Shown piece by piece: positions 39,428-52,511 of a stretch of DNA of 64,000 bases. This DNA is from Ionaspis alba (taxonomy: Eukaryota). Location of the stretch: positions 62,001-126,000 of the forward strand of contig CAXUUL010000002.1 of the NCBI GenBank assembly GCA_964255285.1. The letters are read 5' to 3'. Every line of letters starts with the position of its first letter. The first letter of the stretch is position 1. The position numbers were made by a program, and so were the translations under genes. A model generated the notes under the pieces. That model was not told where the DNA came from, made no database searches, and worked only from the letters and a program-made list of their open reading frames with translations.

Positions 39428-40864
39428 ATGCCTTCTGCCGACTCTCTTCTACCTACTAACGCCTCCACTGCCATCTCCGCTACCTCGCTATCCTCATCGC
39501 CCTTCTCTATCTCGTTGGCCAAAACAAAACCATCGAAAGCAGTAGCTAACCCGCGAAAGCGGCCACGCTCCTCTTTGGCAGATGAGTCGGACTCAGATTA
39601 CGACACCAACTATCCTGGCACTCAGTCTGTCTCTAGTTTCGATCGTTCAGCGGGAGGTGCGATCGGTTTCGACTCTAAGAAGCGCGATGCAAATACACCA
39701 CTTGTCATCACAGCGCAGAAAAATCGTGATTGGAGGGCCGAAAGTAGTCGGAAGAAAGGACGGAACCTACTGCCTGCGGAAGAAATAGCGAGACGAGAGA
39801 GGCAGACGACAGGAGAGCTTGGGGATACCGGTCCGAAGCCTCAGATATATGGGCTGACGATCCTGAAGAAGGAGGACGCAGAGCCAGACATAGACTGGGA
39901 CGGTGGGATGAGGGAACCTACAAATAACGAAGTGGCAAACGAGGAGCCTATGACAGCAGATGAAGAGGCTGTTGCGGCGCTGATGGGAGCTCAAAGGCGG
40001 AAAGAACTCGTAGTACCCGCTGTCAACAGTGAAACAGAGGAGAACGGTCGCTTTACAGGACGAGCAGGCGGGACAGGTGCCTACGAAGAGGATGCCTTCA
40101 AATCCGATGTGGCCTCTCGTCCAGATTCGGCGAGCTTGGACGACTATGCTGCAGTGCCAATAGAAGAATTCGGCGCTGCGTTACTACGGGGCATGGGCTG
40201 GAAAGAGGGCGATGTGGTCGGCAAGCGGAAAGACCGGGTGATCAGGCCTCGGGTGCTGGAGCGCCGGCCGCAGCTACTAGGATTGGGAGCCAAAGAGGTA
40301 CCCGAAGGACTGGAGGAGATCGGAGGAGCGTGGGGAAAGGCGGCAAAGGGCAAGAAGATGTCTAACAAAGGTTTTACCCAGATGCTGCTGAAGAATACCA
40401 AGACTGGTGAACTGCTGAGCGAGGAGGAGTTGAAGGCGAAGAAGGAACAACAGGCTGTTATTGTCGATGGTTGGAGAGAACGAAGAGATCGGAATTTGGC
40501 GGTCGATGAGAGCCGGAAGGTGGACAGGAAAGAGCGGAAGAGTGAGAGAGAGAGGCATGGCGAGGGAAATCGGCACAATTATTCGAGACGGGATAGGAGT
40601 CGATCTTGGGGTCGGAAAGGAGACCGAAGGCGGGATCACACAGATGATCTTGATAGTGATCGACAGGATCGAGACAGGGAGCGGAGGCGTAGAGAGATGG
40701 AAGCAGAAAATGATAGAGATGGAGAGCGGTCATCGAAGCATGAGCACAGGGGTCGGCGGGACTACGATTATGAGAGGAGCAGCTATCGCTCGTCCGCGGG
40801 CAGGCATGGTAAGAGGGATGAACGCGATGAGCACCGTTCACGGCGAGGGCAAGAGGTCTATTAA
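39428..40864 (+). CDS. SPP2: Pre-mRNA splicing factor Spp2/MOS2-type G-patch protein
   Basis: Long ORF with DYAAVPIEEFGAALLRGMGWKEG and RRPQLLGLGA (Spp2-type G-patch) and an R/D/E-rich tail. Start taken at ATG 39428; upstream in-frame ATGs exist. Confidence 0.85.
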   Translation: MPSADSLLPTNASTAISATSLSSSPFSISLAKTKPSKAVANPRKRPRSSLADESDSDYDTNYPGTQSVSSFDRSAGGAIGFDSKKRDANTPLVITAQKNRDWRAESSRKKGRNLLPAEEIARRERQTTGELGDTGPKPQIYGLTILKKEDAEPDIDWDGGMREPTNNEVANEEPMTADEEAVAALMGAQRRKELVVPAVNSETEENGRFTGRAGGTGAYEEDAFKSDVASRPDSASLDDYAAVPIEEFGAALLRGMGWKEGDVVGKRKDRVIRPRVLERRPQLLGLGAKEVPEGLEEIGGAWGKAAKGKKMSNKGFTQMLLKNTKTGELLSEEELKAKKEQQAVIVDGWRERRDRNLAVDESRKVDRKERKSERERHGEGNRHNYSRRDRSRSWGRKGDRRRDHTDDLDSDRQDRDRERRRREMEAENDRDGERSSKHEHRGRRDYDYERSSYRSSAGRHGKRDERDEHRSRRGQEVY

Positions 40865-41279
40865 GGGCATTTGGAAGCACAGCCATAGGCCGTAGGCAAT
40901 ATGAGGCATCCAGCCAGATCCCATAGAAGACTCGGCCATCAACGTATGTTTGACAGTCGAAACAGATATGCAGTGACTGGAAATGAAGCCTGAGCGGGCA
41001 GTGTGCGTCGATCAGTTGCCAGCAACCTCAATGATAGCGGTGCATCAGAACTCTCGAGGGCACTCGGGAGGCGGGACGTGGGGTACGCAAAGGATTACCT
41101 GCTCTTAGGGACGGTCCCCGCTTCCTACGGATCGTAGCTAATGACGATTTTTGCCTATCCGCCTCAACATTAGTCCATGGCTAAGCCCATGTCCCATATT
41201 TTTTGCCCTGTCTCCCCTAACTGATAGACCTTCTCACTTTGAACAGCTACCGACCCTCGAAATCTGACACCTTCTTATA

Positions 41280-42269
41280 ATGTCACCGACAAGAATCATC
41301 GTCCTCATTTCAGTAAACTTGCCTACTAAGTCCCCGCTTCTAGTATCAAGAACTGTCTAACGCTAGCTAGGGCAACGGCACAAACCTCCAAGCCCTGATT
41401 GACGCCTGCAAAGACGGCAGCATCCCTGACGCTCAGATCGTACTGGTAGTCTGCAACCGCAAGGACGCCTACGGGCTGAAACGTGCAGAACGAGCCGGTA
41501 TCCCCACATTCTACCATAGCTTTCCCAAGTACAAGAAAGAGCACGCCGGAGAGGTGACTGAGGCGGAGCAGAAGTCGGGATATGATCGTGTATTGGCGGA
41601 GAAGTGTCTCGAGCAGCAGCCCCATCTGGTCGTGTGTGCAGGCTGGATGAGGGTGTTGTTTCCGAGCTTCCTGCTGGCTTTGGAGAAGGCTGCGGTCAGG
41701 ATCATTGTCAGTTCACCATTGGGGGGCTAGCCTTGGGATCTCGATTCTCATTGGGTCCGTTCTGTTGTCTATGGTTAGTAGCTCACTACTTTTGTTGCGA
41801 TAGAACCTACATCCCGCCCTGGCAGGGCAGTATCCCGGCGCCAGTGAGTCACAACGGGAAGAGACCGAAGTATGGCTTTGTTACAATGCTAATATATTGC
41901 AGATGCTATCTTGTCTGCCTTTAGCGACTTCCAAGAAGGAAAGCTTGATAAAGAGGGCAAGAAGATTCAGAAGACGGGCGTTATGATACATGTATTTCTC
42001 TTCGCTCACCCTCCTTGCTTGAACCAATTGCAGAGCCTTACTAGTGTGTCCCACAGTATGTCATATCCGAAGTCGATGCTGGCGAGCCAATACTACAAAG
42101 GGAGGTGGACATGAAAGAAGGAGAGACCTTGGATGAGCTGGAGCAGAAGATCCATTATATTGAGTGGGAAGCTATTGTTGAGGGAACCAACATTGCAATC
42201 CAGCGTCTCAAACACCAGCAGCCCTTGCTCGAGTCAGCCCCGCTCTGTAACGAAAGTCCGACGAAATGA
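41280..42269 (+). CDS. ADE8: Phosphoribosylglycinamide formyltransferase (GAR transformylase)
   Basis: Not visible in the ORF track. Five exons; introns 41313-41370, 41707-41803, 41844-41902, 41992-42056. Spliced: MSPTRIIVLIS|GNGTNLQALIDA...VVCAGWMRV...II|NLHPALAGQYPG...TGVMIH|YVISEVDAGEPI, with the catalytic N, H and D present. Confidence 0.93.
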
Positions 42270-43330
42270 ATTTCCTGAGAAAGAACGATCACGCCCTCGC
42301 GATCCAGCCTACAGTCAAACTCGGAAAAAAAAACCATTCTATAGCCGCAAATACAGATTTGCACAAAAGCGCTCCAAATTTCGTGGAAAAGATTCGTCCC
42401 TATGGAAGATGTGGTCTCGGAAATCTCCTATGCGGCCCCTCGAACCCCGTTCAGCCCACGTCACCTACCGTGCGATCATTAATCCACGACCCGACTCTTC
42501 ATGATAGTAGGTGGAGTGGGACAATCGCAATCGACCTCACAATGCCTCAGCATCGGGTACCGGCCGCCGATCGGCGCAGAACATCTGACAATGAGATACA
42601 CCGCTCGAGAGAATTCGCAGTGATTGTAGCACTAGCTCCTCCGGCCGTTGTCTTGGTTCTCGAAGTCGTGGCGAGAGAGCCCGTTGGGCTGGCTGGTAGA
42701 ACGGGGAAGGGAGGTAGTGGAGGAAGTGGGTGTTAGGAGAATGGATCGTTGGACGAATGGGCCTGGTGGAGGGTCCTGGAAGCAGTTGGCGCAGAAGGCG
42801 GAAGGGAGCGAGGCAATGCTGTCGTCAGCTTCTTTGGAGAAGGTGGGATCGAGGAGTACGAGGATGAGGATGGCCTTACGGATAAGAGGTGGATGTCTTA
42901 CGAAGGCGGGACAACTGGAACGGCTCTTTTTCGAAGTCAACGATCAGGTTACGGAGCATCGGACCGTGATAGTGACCCGAGAAAGCTCAGAAGCCATCTC
43001 CTGAGCGTCCTAGCACGACGAAACCCCGCAGTCGTTTTGTTGGAGCGAGCACGAAACCGGACGTACATGTCAGCTGATGGTCGCATACGACGAGTTCATG
43101 AAGGGGTTCCACTCTGTTTATGTGTGCCAGGTCGGAATCTGCTCGGGGTCCGGAAGTTCTGGAATTCCGCCGGATGAAACGCAGGAAATTTACTCCACTT
43201 GGCAAGTTGAAAGCGTGGAGGGCTTGGATATATGTTCTCGACGAAGTGGTGACAGATCGCTCCGTATGTGAGAGATTCATCTGGACGCATACAATTGGCT
43301 TAATTTCCTTTGGATAGTTGTCGGTCTTGT

Positions 43331-46202
43331 CTAGACCATCACCGTAGCTTTACCATTGACCTCAATGGTGCAGTCGACGAAGCCGATTTCTTCCATTTCT
43401 CGTAGTGTGTAGTCCACCAGGTAGCTCTCATCCACAAGTTCTTCCATTCGCTTATAATGTCTTTCAGTATATGCTTTCAAGCCCTCTAATACTTCCTTCA
43501 AACCACTTCCTTTACCCTTCCTTCTCAATCCTATCAATCGGCTTGCAGGGTAGCACTTGACGAGGACCCATAGTATTCTCTGTGCCACCGGTGCAGTCCT
43601 GGCATTCGTGTTCCAATCCCTAATACGTAGCAACAGTGTGAACAACTGCTCGTCGCCAAGGTGTTGTAGCACTTCATCCACTGCTTTGAGGCCAGACAAA
43701 GATCCTTCTTCTGGAGGACTCGTATTCATTACGTTGGTGAACAAAGCCAGCAAGCGAGCTGGATGGTTCATTTGCAAAGCAAGCGTAATTGCTTCTCGGT
43801 AGCTCCTTTTATGGATGTAGTTCTGAAGTGCTTGTTCCTGTTCCACTCGAGCCGTTGAAGCCGCAGCAGTCGCTGCAGCAGTTGAGGAAGTGGTATTTTT
43901 CCAGAAAGTGATGACACTGTCACTGCCTCCGGAGACCAGAGTATTATCCTCGGTATTTACAGTCAATGCCCAAACCCGATCGGTGTGGTTATCGAGAGTG
44001 CAGTTGCATTCACCAGTCTCGGCATCCCAGATTTTGACCAGCCCATCTCCTCCTGAGCTTGCGAGCTGCACTCTACGTTTTCGGCTCGAGTGCGAAGTTT
44101 CTGCGTCATTGACTTGCTGGACGAATGGCATCCAAAGTGCTCTTAGAACGCTATTGGTGTGTCCTTCCATAGTGCGGAGACAGCTGTAGTCGGCAAGATT
44201 CCATATCTTGATCGCCTTGTCACCGCTCCCGGTAAGTACCATACCTCGACTACCACTATTTGGGCCGCTCTCCCCAGTAATTTGTGACACATCCTTTGCG
44301 GAAAATTGAACGGACCAGACACCCCGTTTGTGTCCGCGAAGGACGCCTTGGACTTCGCCATCTTCAACAGACCATATCTTGACAGTCCGATCCTGGGACG
44401 CGGAAGCGAATAGCGTAGAGGTATGGTTGAGGGCAATAGCGTTGATATCTTTATCATGAGCCTTGCGAGTGTAGATAGCTCGCGGGGTCTTCTTATCAGA
44501 TTGGGATGACTGCTTTGGCAAAATATCCCAGCGTTTGACAGTGCGGTCTTGTGATCCGGTCAGGAGGAACGCCGGTGGATGCAACAAAGGATCACTGCGA
44601 GCTGCTGAATCATGAGAAGGAGGATTGTTTGGCAGAGAAAGCGCGCCGAGTGATTCAGCATGTCCAGTGAAAGTTGCGAAGCTCTCGTACGAGCCACTCG
44701 CGTGGTCGATTCGCCATAGTCTCGCAGTATTGTCCTTGGCTCCTGTAGCAAGCCAGCAACCCGACCAGTCCACAGCTAAGCAAATGACGATGTCTTCATG
44801 ACCTTGCAAGAGCGCAACGTTTGCGCCGAAATATTGCCCTTCCCTAGGATGATCTGCTGCAGAGCCGATCGTTGCTAGGGATACTAACCGAACATCTTCG
44901 GAATTTGTTGCCAAAGCCAAGAGCTCTCTGTTGGGGGTGACATAGGAAACATCGATAATCTCGTCGTGAGTCCCAGAAATGCGGCGGAGAACAGGTAGTG
45001 GCCCAGTTTTTCCTTCAATTCCTACCATTAAAGAAGAGAGAGAATGTAGAACTAGGCTCTGGTCTGCATGAACGCATATCAAGAAGTTCAGGCGTGCGTA
45101 GTAGAGTATGTGTATGATGCCATCAGCCTCTCCCCTTGCTTCTTGCTCTTGTGTGATCTCCCTCCCGGATTGAGTATTCCATATGCGAAGCAATCCGTTC
45201 TCACCTCCTGTGTATATGAGGGCACCGTTTTCTAGAAATCCCACACTCTCCAGCCCTTCGAGGACGGGGATGACTTTCTTGACTTTCCAACTTCTGGCAT
45301 CCCATATGATCGTGGTCTTGTCGCGGCTTGCAGACACAAGTGCATTTTCCTCTAGTGAGAAACTCAAGCCACGGACAACTGAAACGTGTGAGTCTAGAGT
45401 TGACGTAGCTTTACGATTGACGAGGTCCCAGATCCTGATTTTCCCATCCTCACTCCCCGATGCCAATCGTAAGACATTCCGATCATTGCGCTTTGCTTCC
45501 GAGCCGTCGTACATCTCATCATTAACGCTTCCACTACTGGATCTTCTCTCCTTGCGCCTATTCTTGCTCGATCTAATAGCCCGATCGTTCGGCTCAGACG
45601 CCTCAAAGAACAGCAGGGCAGAGATGACTCCGGCATGCCCTCGAAAAGTATGAGTTGAGAAGCTACCACGGATATCCCAGACCTTGACGACCCCCTCAGC
45701 TCCACCTGTTGCCAGCAAAGTACCTGTAGCATCGACCGCAACTGTGACGACCGGACTTGTGTGCGGCCGCAACGTTCGTTGCAATGTTTTGTGTATTTGA
45801 AGAGGGGTGTCGTCGATTATCTGCAACGAGTAAACTCTCATAGACAACGATCGCGAGCAAGTAATAAGATGAGAGGCGGAGGGAGTAACTATAATTGAAA
45901 TTAGTAGGAACGAAGTGTACTATTCAGGACTACTTACTCGCCAGAGTGGTTAGGATTTCCCCATCCTAATAAGAATTCAGTCATCGAGCATGATGGGTCT
46001 GCTGTCAAGGCTCAGGACTTACCCCTTCCACTCGCACAAGTAGCTGGCCACTGTTGAGGTCAGTAAGTACGGCATCTTCGCCTAAACACGTCACTAGGAT
46101 CTGCCCGTTGCGATCAAGGGCAACATCGCCGCCTGTGTATATTGGCTGAATGACTTTGTCCGGCTCAAACGTTGTGGTGACAGCCGGTTTAGTAGTCATC
46201 AT
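43331..46202 (-). CDS. UTP13: U3 snoRNP/SSU processome WD40 protein Utp13
   Basis: Introns 45966-46022 and 45889-45937 around a 28-nt exon. N-terminal PIYTGG, many WD repeats (AHDKDIN, GHKRGVW, GHTNSV, HTDRVWAL) and a Utp13 tail (EQEQALQNY, RDWNTNAR, YTERHYKR). Confidence 0.95.
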
Positions 46203-46473
46203 ACCATTATGGGCTTTATTCCGAGTAGCCAATGGCAAATGACAGAACAATACCTGTGATATTGTGAACCGCTCAAAAGAACGGCCAAGCTCTATCAAAT
46301 AAAATATTAAGCTTATTTCTTAGCGTGTTTGTAGGGGCTAGTGATCTGCGACTGGGGTCCGTGAATAGATGGCATCCAAGCGGCAGGATTGACATGGATT
46401 CTCCATGGCAACCTACCATGACCATTCACTGTGCCACGACAACACACGCTGAGCATTGTATTCTAGTTGAAAA

Positions 46474-48889
46474 ATGGTCCGATCAACGTACACGACGCGA
46501 CTAGCTTTGGTAAGTTCGAAGCGCTCACAATAGTGATGATTCTCTGCTTTGATGTCCACTCCATGAAGGTTCATGTCTGTGATAGAATGCTAGTCTTACA
46601 GTTTGTCGTTGTTGTATCATGATCGAGTGTTTAGAGAATAGACCCTCCCCCATATTTTCTGCACCCACCATCACTGTACGTCGGAATATCCTTCGTTTAG
46701 AATAAAGAAACTCAGGAGCATGCCTGTTATGCTAGACTGCTCCTATACTTACCTGTGAATCTCCAGGGTAGATCAGCATACGAGCTACCAGAATGGCAAG
46801 ATGGAGAACGGCCACCAGATCCCACTCCTGATCAAGATCGACACGAAGGCGCGGAGAGTTCGGGAGAGCGAGCTGGCAATTCTTCGGGATACGTTCAGCA
46901 ATATGATATTCGTGGTCACCCCGCAAACCCTGGGTCAAGGGCGAACGCTCGACAAGCGAGAAGAGCCCAAAACGACGTCCTTGCCACTGTTGGCGTTTGT
47001 ATCAGTACCGACAAGTGTGGCAGGTTAGCACCAGCGTCCAGCACGAGCTTGGCGAATGACTCCGCGGAGTCTCAGAAGATCCGACAGATAATTAGAGAAA
47101 ACGAGTTTGGACATTGGCTCTCGATGTCTGATGATATAGCGTTTTATCTACTGAATAGTTGGCTGAATTGCATTTGGGGAAGGCTACAGGTATGTTGAGG
47201 TCGGAACGGACGTTGAGATAGAGGTATTAACATGGGAATTAGGTGTTCAATTTCTATATAGGAATCCCTCTGGTCGATATTATACGAGTTGAATGGAATC
47301 ACTTGGGTCCGTTCCATTTTTTGCTGGCCGGCCTGCCTGCCTCAATTGCTTTCGAATTCCTCGTGGCAACTCAACGACTTTTCATTGATGAGGCTGGCGA
47401 CGCCTTGATCTCATACGTTAGGTCTCGCACACAGAACCAGGCGAGAAGAGATCGGGATACAAAGATCATTAAGGGATTGGGGCACATGTAGGTAATTGCA
47501 ATTCTCGACCTCCGTGAAATCCTATTCACTTCATGAAAAGATTCGGAAGCCTATCTTTCCTTACCATTCTCCCACTCGAGTTCTATCACCATCTACAGCA
47601 ACTTGGCTTAGCCTCTGCTCAACCACTTCTACCGAACCCTTTCCGGCTCTCTCTAGTGACTTTCTGGAGGTCACTAATACCTACAGCTCCAAACGGCTGG
47701 ACTTTAGAATCCTTGACCTCTTTCACTATATCTCTTTTTCTGTCTCCAATTTCTCTGTATTTTTGTATGAGACCTATCGAATATGTCTTCGAGACAGTCT
47801 TGCCAAAGTATGCTCGTGTTGCGATTCCACGGCCAGATAATCCGGATCAGTTCTCGGAGCGTGGCGCAACAGATGAGGACTTCCCAATCAGTAGCGTTGG
47901 CGGACCTGTGTCAAAGGAGGGTAGGTATTCTAGAACGGTGATTGGAGAAATCACTCAGGATGTCAGAATCATTTTCAAAGCCGCTCACGACTACTGTTCG
48001 TCTGTGGGCAGTGGTCTTTTTAGGATTCCCTTATTCCACTTATTCAAATTTAAACCACAGCTCTCATCTCAGCCATTCCCTCATTCCCACCATTCCGATA
48101 GCCACTGCAGAAGGCGCCCAGGTACTGATGACAACCCATGGCCTTCCGAAAGCCATGTGGAAACCACCCGATCTGGCGCCGAACGCGAGGTCGACGCCAC
48201 CTCAGCGCCAGACCAACCATCTGCAGCCACTCCCTCTCCCCGGCTCTCCCTCTCCTCAACCGATTCGGAAAACCCACAAGCAGACAACGCAGTGCAAGTG
48301 ACCACACGAGCCGGCTCCACCGACACCTTACACATGAACGTGGAAGTCAACGGGACCGCAGCCGGCGCGCCAGTCTACACAAACAGTTTCTCTGCCTCGC
48401 CCCGACCAACGTTTACCGAGACGGTGGTGATGGAGCAGGTCGATGGTGCAGTCATCCCCAGTTGCCCATCTCTTGCTTGCGACTGCATGTGCTAACGTCA
48501 TGACAGAACCTCACTACCGCGTCACAGCTCTAACCACCCATCCCGCCGAAGCCTTAGCCCAGCATCTCGTCGACAGCGTTATCACGGTCATCCGACTACC
48601 GCTTTCAGCACTCTTCCTACGGTCGCTTGCGCATAGTTTCCTTGCCAGTGCGGGACCTTCGAGCGAAGCTCGGGCTATTGCTGTCAGGCTTAAAGGGGAC
48701 GTCTATCCATTAGAGACTTGGTTTGGCGGTGGATTCCGCGCTGGTGGTTGGAGAGGTGTGGGTGATTACGCGGGGAAGATGGCGCTTGTGCTTGGGTTGG
48801 AAATGGCGATCGGGCAGGTGGTGTGGCAGCTTGGGTTCGGAGCGGCATGGTGGGCAGGGAGGAGATGGTTTCTATGGGGGAGGCTGTAA
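46474..48889 (+). CDS. Uncharacterised multi-exon putative membrane protein
   Basis: Introns 46510-46766, 47190-47242, 47488-47540 and 48446-48506 join four ORFs in frame: MVRSTYTTRLAL|GRSAYE...YDIRGHPANP..RRAQNDVLATVGV...RLQ|VFNFY...PRPDNPD...D|EPHYRVTAL...RRWFLWGRL*. Several hydrophobic stretches. Confidence 0.75.
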
Positions 48890-49454
48890 AAGTGTTATTT
48901 TGGATGAGAGGCGCTCGGCGTTCAGATACCCCAGGCATTTTGCTTTATTGCTACAAGTGTGATTTAGTTGTGGATTTTTTACGGGTGCGAAGTCAAGGAG
49001 TAACGGCAGAGTGTGTAACATACAAGTTGGATTAGTTGTGACGAAAGCCCTACCTAGTTATCTGCCAGCATGCTCATTAATTACCTGGATGACCACAGCC
49101 TGATACGCCGGGCCTTCCATCCAAGCAAACGCCTTGCATTAAACCCCAGCGCCATGCATCCGAGGAGTTACAATTCACCCAGGCTCAGAGGGACTTCGAT
49201 TAGGTAGGTTTACGGCCTCTGTCCTCGAATCTCTCGATATCTTACCGCGATGGTGTTCCGACACTTTCAATCGTCTGTCACCTGATCACACGACCCTGCA
49301 GGCAACAGTCGAAAAAGAAGGCGTCTCCCCAGGGTGGCAAATGATGTGTCAATACAGTCGTTTGCCAATTCATGCTATCTTCGAATTCTTCCTTCTTGGT
49401 CACCGGCGACACAGCCGGGTTGAACTATCCAGTATCTGCTCTGCCGTGAGCGGT

Positions 49455-50198
49455 CTAGGATTTCTTGGCTCCAGCTTGTTCCTCGAATGCGTCGCGAGAT
49501 TCCTGGAAAAGACGCACCTGAATTTGCTCCAGAGTCTCCATCGGCCACGAAGGATTGAATACTCTACCATAGCCACGAGGTAGCAGAGCTGCAGGCGGAT
49601 TTTTGGAGGACTCATCGGCTTCTCCTGATCCGGACGCTGATAGAGGTGTTGCACATTGAGGGGAGGCCCCGCTTTTGCGAGATTTCGTAACCTTGGAAGA
49701 AGTCCGTGAGTTTTGAGCAGTAGAAGTGACTAGAGTGCTGTCGTGACGCACAGCGTCCACTTCTTGCTCGTTGGCGAGTTTGTTTCGGACCAGTTCCTTC
49801 AGGATGACGATTGCGGCGTCCACGGCAGCTTTATCGATCATTGACTCAGTCCATGGTATGACATATGTCTCGGCGATGATACGGCGCACAGCTTTTGCGT
49901 AATGATCGTTAATTTCCCACCAGGACTCGCTTTTCTCGAAGTACTTCGCGCGATGTTTCTTAAGACGACTTAGGACGGAAATGCTCGTAAGCCGGCGCTT
50001 GGGTAAAGCGACGCCGCTATCTTCATGGGCTTGCTCTCGCAGCTTACGGTCTGGCTGGATGAAGTTCTCGAAAAGCTCATCGACTATGGATAGTACCTTT
50101 GGATATGTCGAATGGTTCTCCAGGTATTTGAGAGGATCGAAGCCAATTTGACGGGCTCGAAGAGCGTCGATCGTAGGAGGCGTAACACCGTGATTCAT
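49455..50198 (-). CDS. Hypothetical protein, 247 aa
   Basis: Intact ORF with a good start context (CCAATC ATG) and helical, protein-like composition; no recognised family. Confidence 0.6.
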   Translation of the reverse strand: MNHGVTPPTIDALRARQIGFDPLKYLENHSTYPKVLSIVDELFENFIQPDRKLREQAHEDSGVALPKRRLTSISVLSRLKKHRAKYFEKSESWWEINDHYAKAVRRIIAETYVIPWTESMIDKAAVDAAIVILKELVRNKLANEQEVDAVRHDSTLVTSTAQNSRTSSKVTKSRKSGASPQCATPLSASGSGEADESSKNPPAALLPRGYGRVFNPSWPMETLEQIQVRLFQESRDAFEEQAGAKKS

Positions 50199-50351
50199 GA
50201 TTGGTTGGCAGCTTTTGACGAATGTGAATGTTTTATGAGAAAATAGGATAATTCGTCCAGCTTAAATACTTGAGGGTCTGGATAGTGAATGATCGTCTGA
50301 TTGCTCGTGACTCAAGTCCATATTCATCTTTTCTTTTACCGAAGTCAAGTC

Positions 50352-50506
50352 ATTGTTATGGACAATGACGAAACAACAAGATAGAACAATAGCTCGAAGT
50401 TATTGTTATGAACAATGATGAAACAATGGAAGAGAACAATTGCTCACCAAATTGTTGTGATGGACTATGACGAGACAACAAGATAGAGTAAAAGCTCGTC
50501 GATATT
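50352..50506. repeat. Three degenerate tandem copies of a ~50-bp unit
   Basis: ATTGTTATGGACAATGACGAAACAACAAGATAGAACAATAGCTCG / ATTGTTATGAACAATGATGAAACAATGGAAGAGAACAATTGCTC / TTGTGATGGACTATGACGAGACAACAAGATAGAGTAAAAGCTCG. Confidence 0.85.
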
Positions 50507-50873
50507 AGGATCCTGAAATCACGGGACTTGGTGAGGGCACACCGGTTTTTGAGCACTTTTTATTTCCAGAAAAAGCAGTCGTGTTCAAAACAAAACTCAC
50601 AAAACTGGGCATCATCACAATATGTAATAGTTGCGGCTGACGCGCTCGGCAAGCTATGGCTATACGCACAGGCATAACAGACTGAGTACCAGGACTGTTC
50701 ATGTGGTATGAAGCGAAGACAGGTCCAAAGCTCTTTGAGCAAGGACAGCTGCAACAATACTGCAAGTATACTGAACGACAGATCTTAAGATTGAGATGAT
50801 ACTTCTCTCGACAATTGATGAGCTCTCAGGAGCTCAGAAGCTGCAGATCATGCCGTGGCCCGAGCAAGGCCCA

Positions 50874-52511
50874 TCACACCCCATTCTTCTTCTTGACATC
50901 CTTCCTCCGCTCCCATACCATCAAATAGCTTTCCTTTGTAAACAGCGTTTCCGTAGCAACTTTCTCCACATAAAGATCTTGAATTTCCAACCACTCATCT
51001 CTAGCTCGATCTCGCACCTGAGCTCGCCACACCTTCTTCTCTGCCTCCCCTTCCACGCTGTCGTCTCGGATCCTGACAGCTTCGTGAGTCACGTTGGCAA
51101 CAAGGTCGTACCATATTGGCTCGCCTGGTGGGTGGAGGGACGGATTGGGCTCGACGTATGGTGACATGTCGAGTGATCTTACAGGGAAAGTGACGATTGT
51201 GGGATTTCGTTCAGACACGAACTTGTTCTTGGAAAAGCGCTTGATATGGAAGAGGAGATAGGGTGGGAGGGGATGTAATAAACGGTAGCGTTTCCGCGTG
51301 TTGAGATGTTCTTGAGATTTCAGGCCGTCGTATTTAGAAAGGATGGAAGTTAAGGGCACCTGTACTGGTCAGTGTTGTTAGCGCTAAAACAAGAGATGTG
51401 GCTTACTTGTGGAATGATATTCTTATCCAGCTCATCCTGGAACAGAGGTGCAGCAGGGAGATCGAGAGTAAGCATGAGATATCTACTAGTATCTACCAAG
51501 ACCTCGGCAGCTTCTTCAAACCGAAGTCGATCGCCAGCATCTGCCTTTGCGGTGATTTGCTGGCTCTCCACCTTTAGCTTCCCCTGAAACACTTTGTGAA
51601 TGATGCTAGTACCTGGCTTTGTCTTGCTGCCACCCAAAGCGAGATGCAGATTGTTCAGAAACCAGCTCAGGAACTCGACCGGATCTGACTGGTGTAGGAG
51701 GTCAAATCGCTTCTGTGACTGTCTGGAAACCTGCTGGAGAAGTTCGTGCGGGGAGACGTGGGATTTGAAGGCTCGGGTGTTCCAAATCTTCCGGACGAGG
51801 ACGGAGAACCTCTGCACAAGCTCACGTGATGTTGAAAAATCCTCGAGCATAAGAAAGTTTCGAAGAGGAGGAATGTGCGACAGTGCTTGGACAACGACAT
51901 TGAAGTAATCGTTGGCCTTGATATTATTCATACCGACGAACCCTATAGGAACCGAATCAGTCAAATGCCCGTCAACAGAATGGTACCAACATACCAGGCC
52001 TATATGTCTTCCCCGCCAAGTCCCATGCGTCCTTCACCTCCTTATCCAGTCTCGTGACTTCCTCCTTCGAAAGTCGAGGATCAACCACAAACTTGATGTC
52101 GTCCAAGCTTTTGCTCTTTACCTCGTAGCCCTCTGGAAGAACATAGACCTTCTTCGTCTCCATATTAACGTGTACATGGTGACCAACTTCAAGGGCGTGG
52201 AAATATGCATGCGACTTGGGCCCCCTGCCCTGAAAGTATTTTCCGCACACCAAGCAGGCGTAGACATTGATGTTAGAGAGAGTCACGGAGCATAGTTTTT
52301 CGAAGTCGAAGTCGAGGACGGAGCGATCGATTGTATCTAGATATAGGTCTGCGTAACCTTCGAGAGGAGCAGCTGGGGTTGGTCGTGAGGGAGCTATGGC
52401 TGGTTGATCTTCCTCATCAATTTCAGGTGGATTCATGCGGATCTTCTTGTTAGATGGAGAGCCATTAGTTATAGAGGTTTCTAGCAGCACTTCTGCTGGT
52501 CGTTTCGTCAT
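50874..52511 (-). CDS. SAD1: U4/U6.U5 tri-snRNP protein Sad1/USP39 (ZnF-UBP plus inactive USP domain)
   Basis: Introns 51943-51994 and 51360-51406. Motifs LDFDFEKLCSVTLSNINVYACLVCGKYFQGRG, GMNNIKANDY (Asp in place of the catalytic Cys), FKSHVSPHE, ERNPTIVTF, WLEIQDL. Confidence 0.95.

Noticed and set aside
42500..43300. Short plus-strand ORFs between ADE8 and UTP13
   Set aside because: No convincing start, splice chain or motif; a small gene cannot be excluded.
46533..46625. C-box-like GTGATGA in a long intron (possible snoRNA)
   Set aside because: No CTGA D box or clear terminal stem at a suitable distance.
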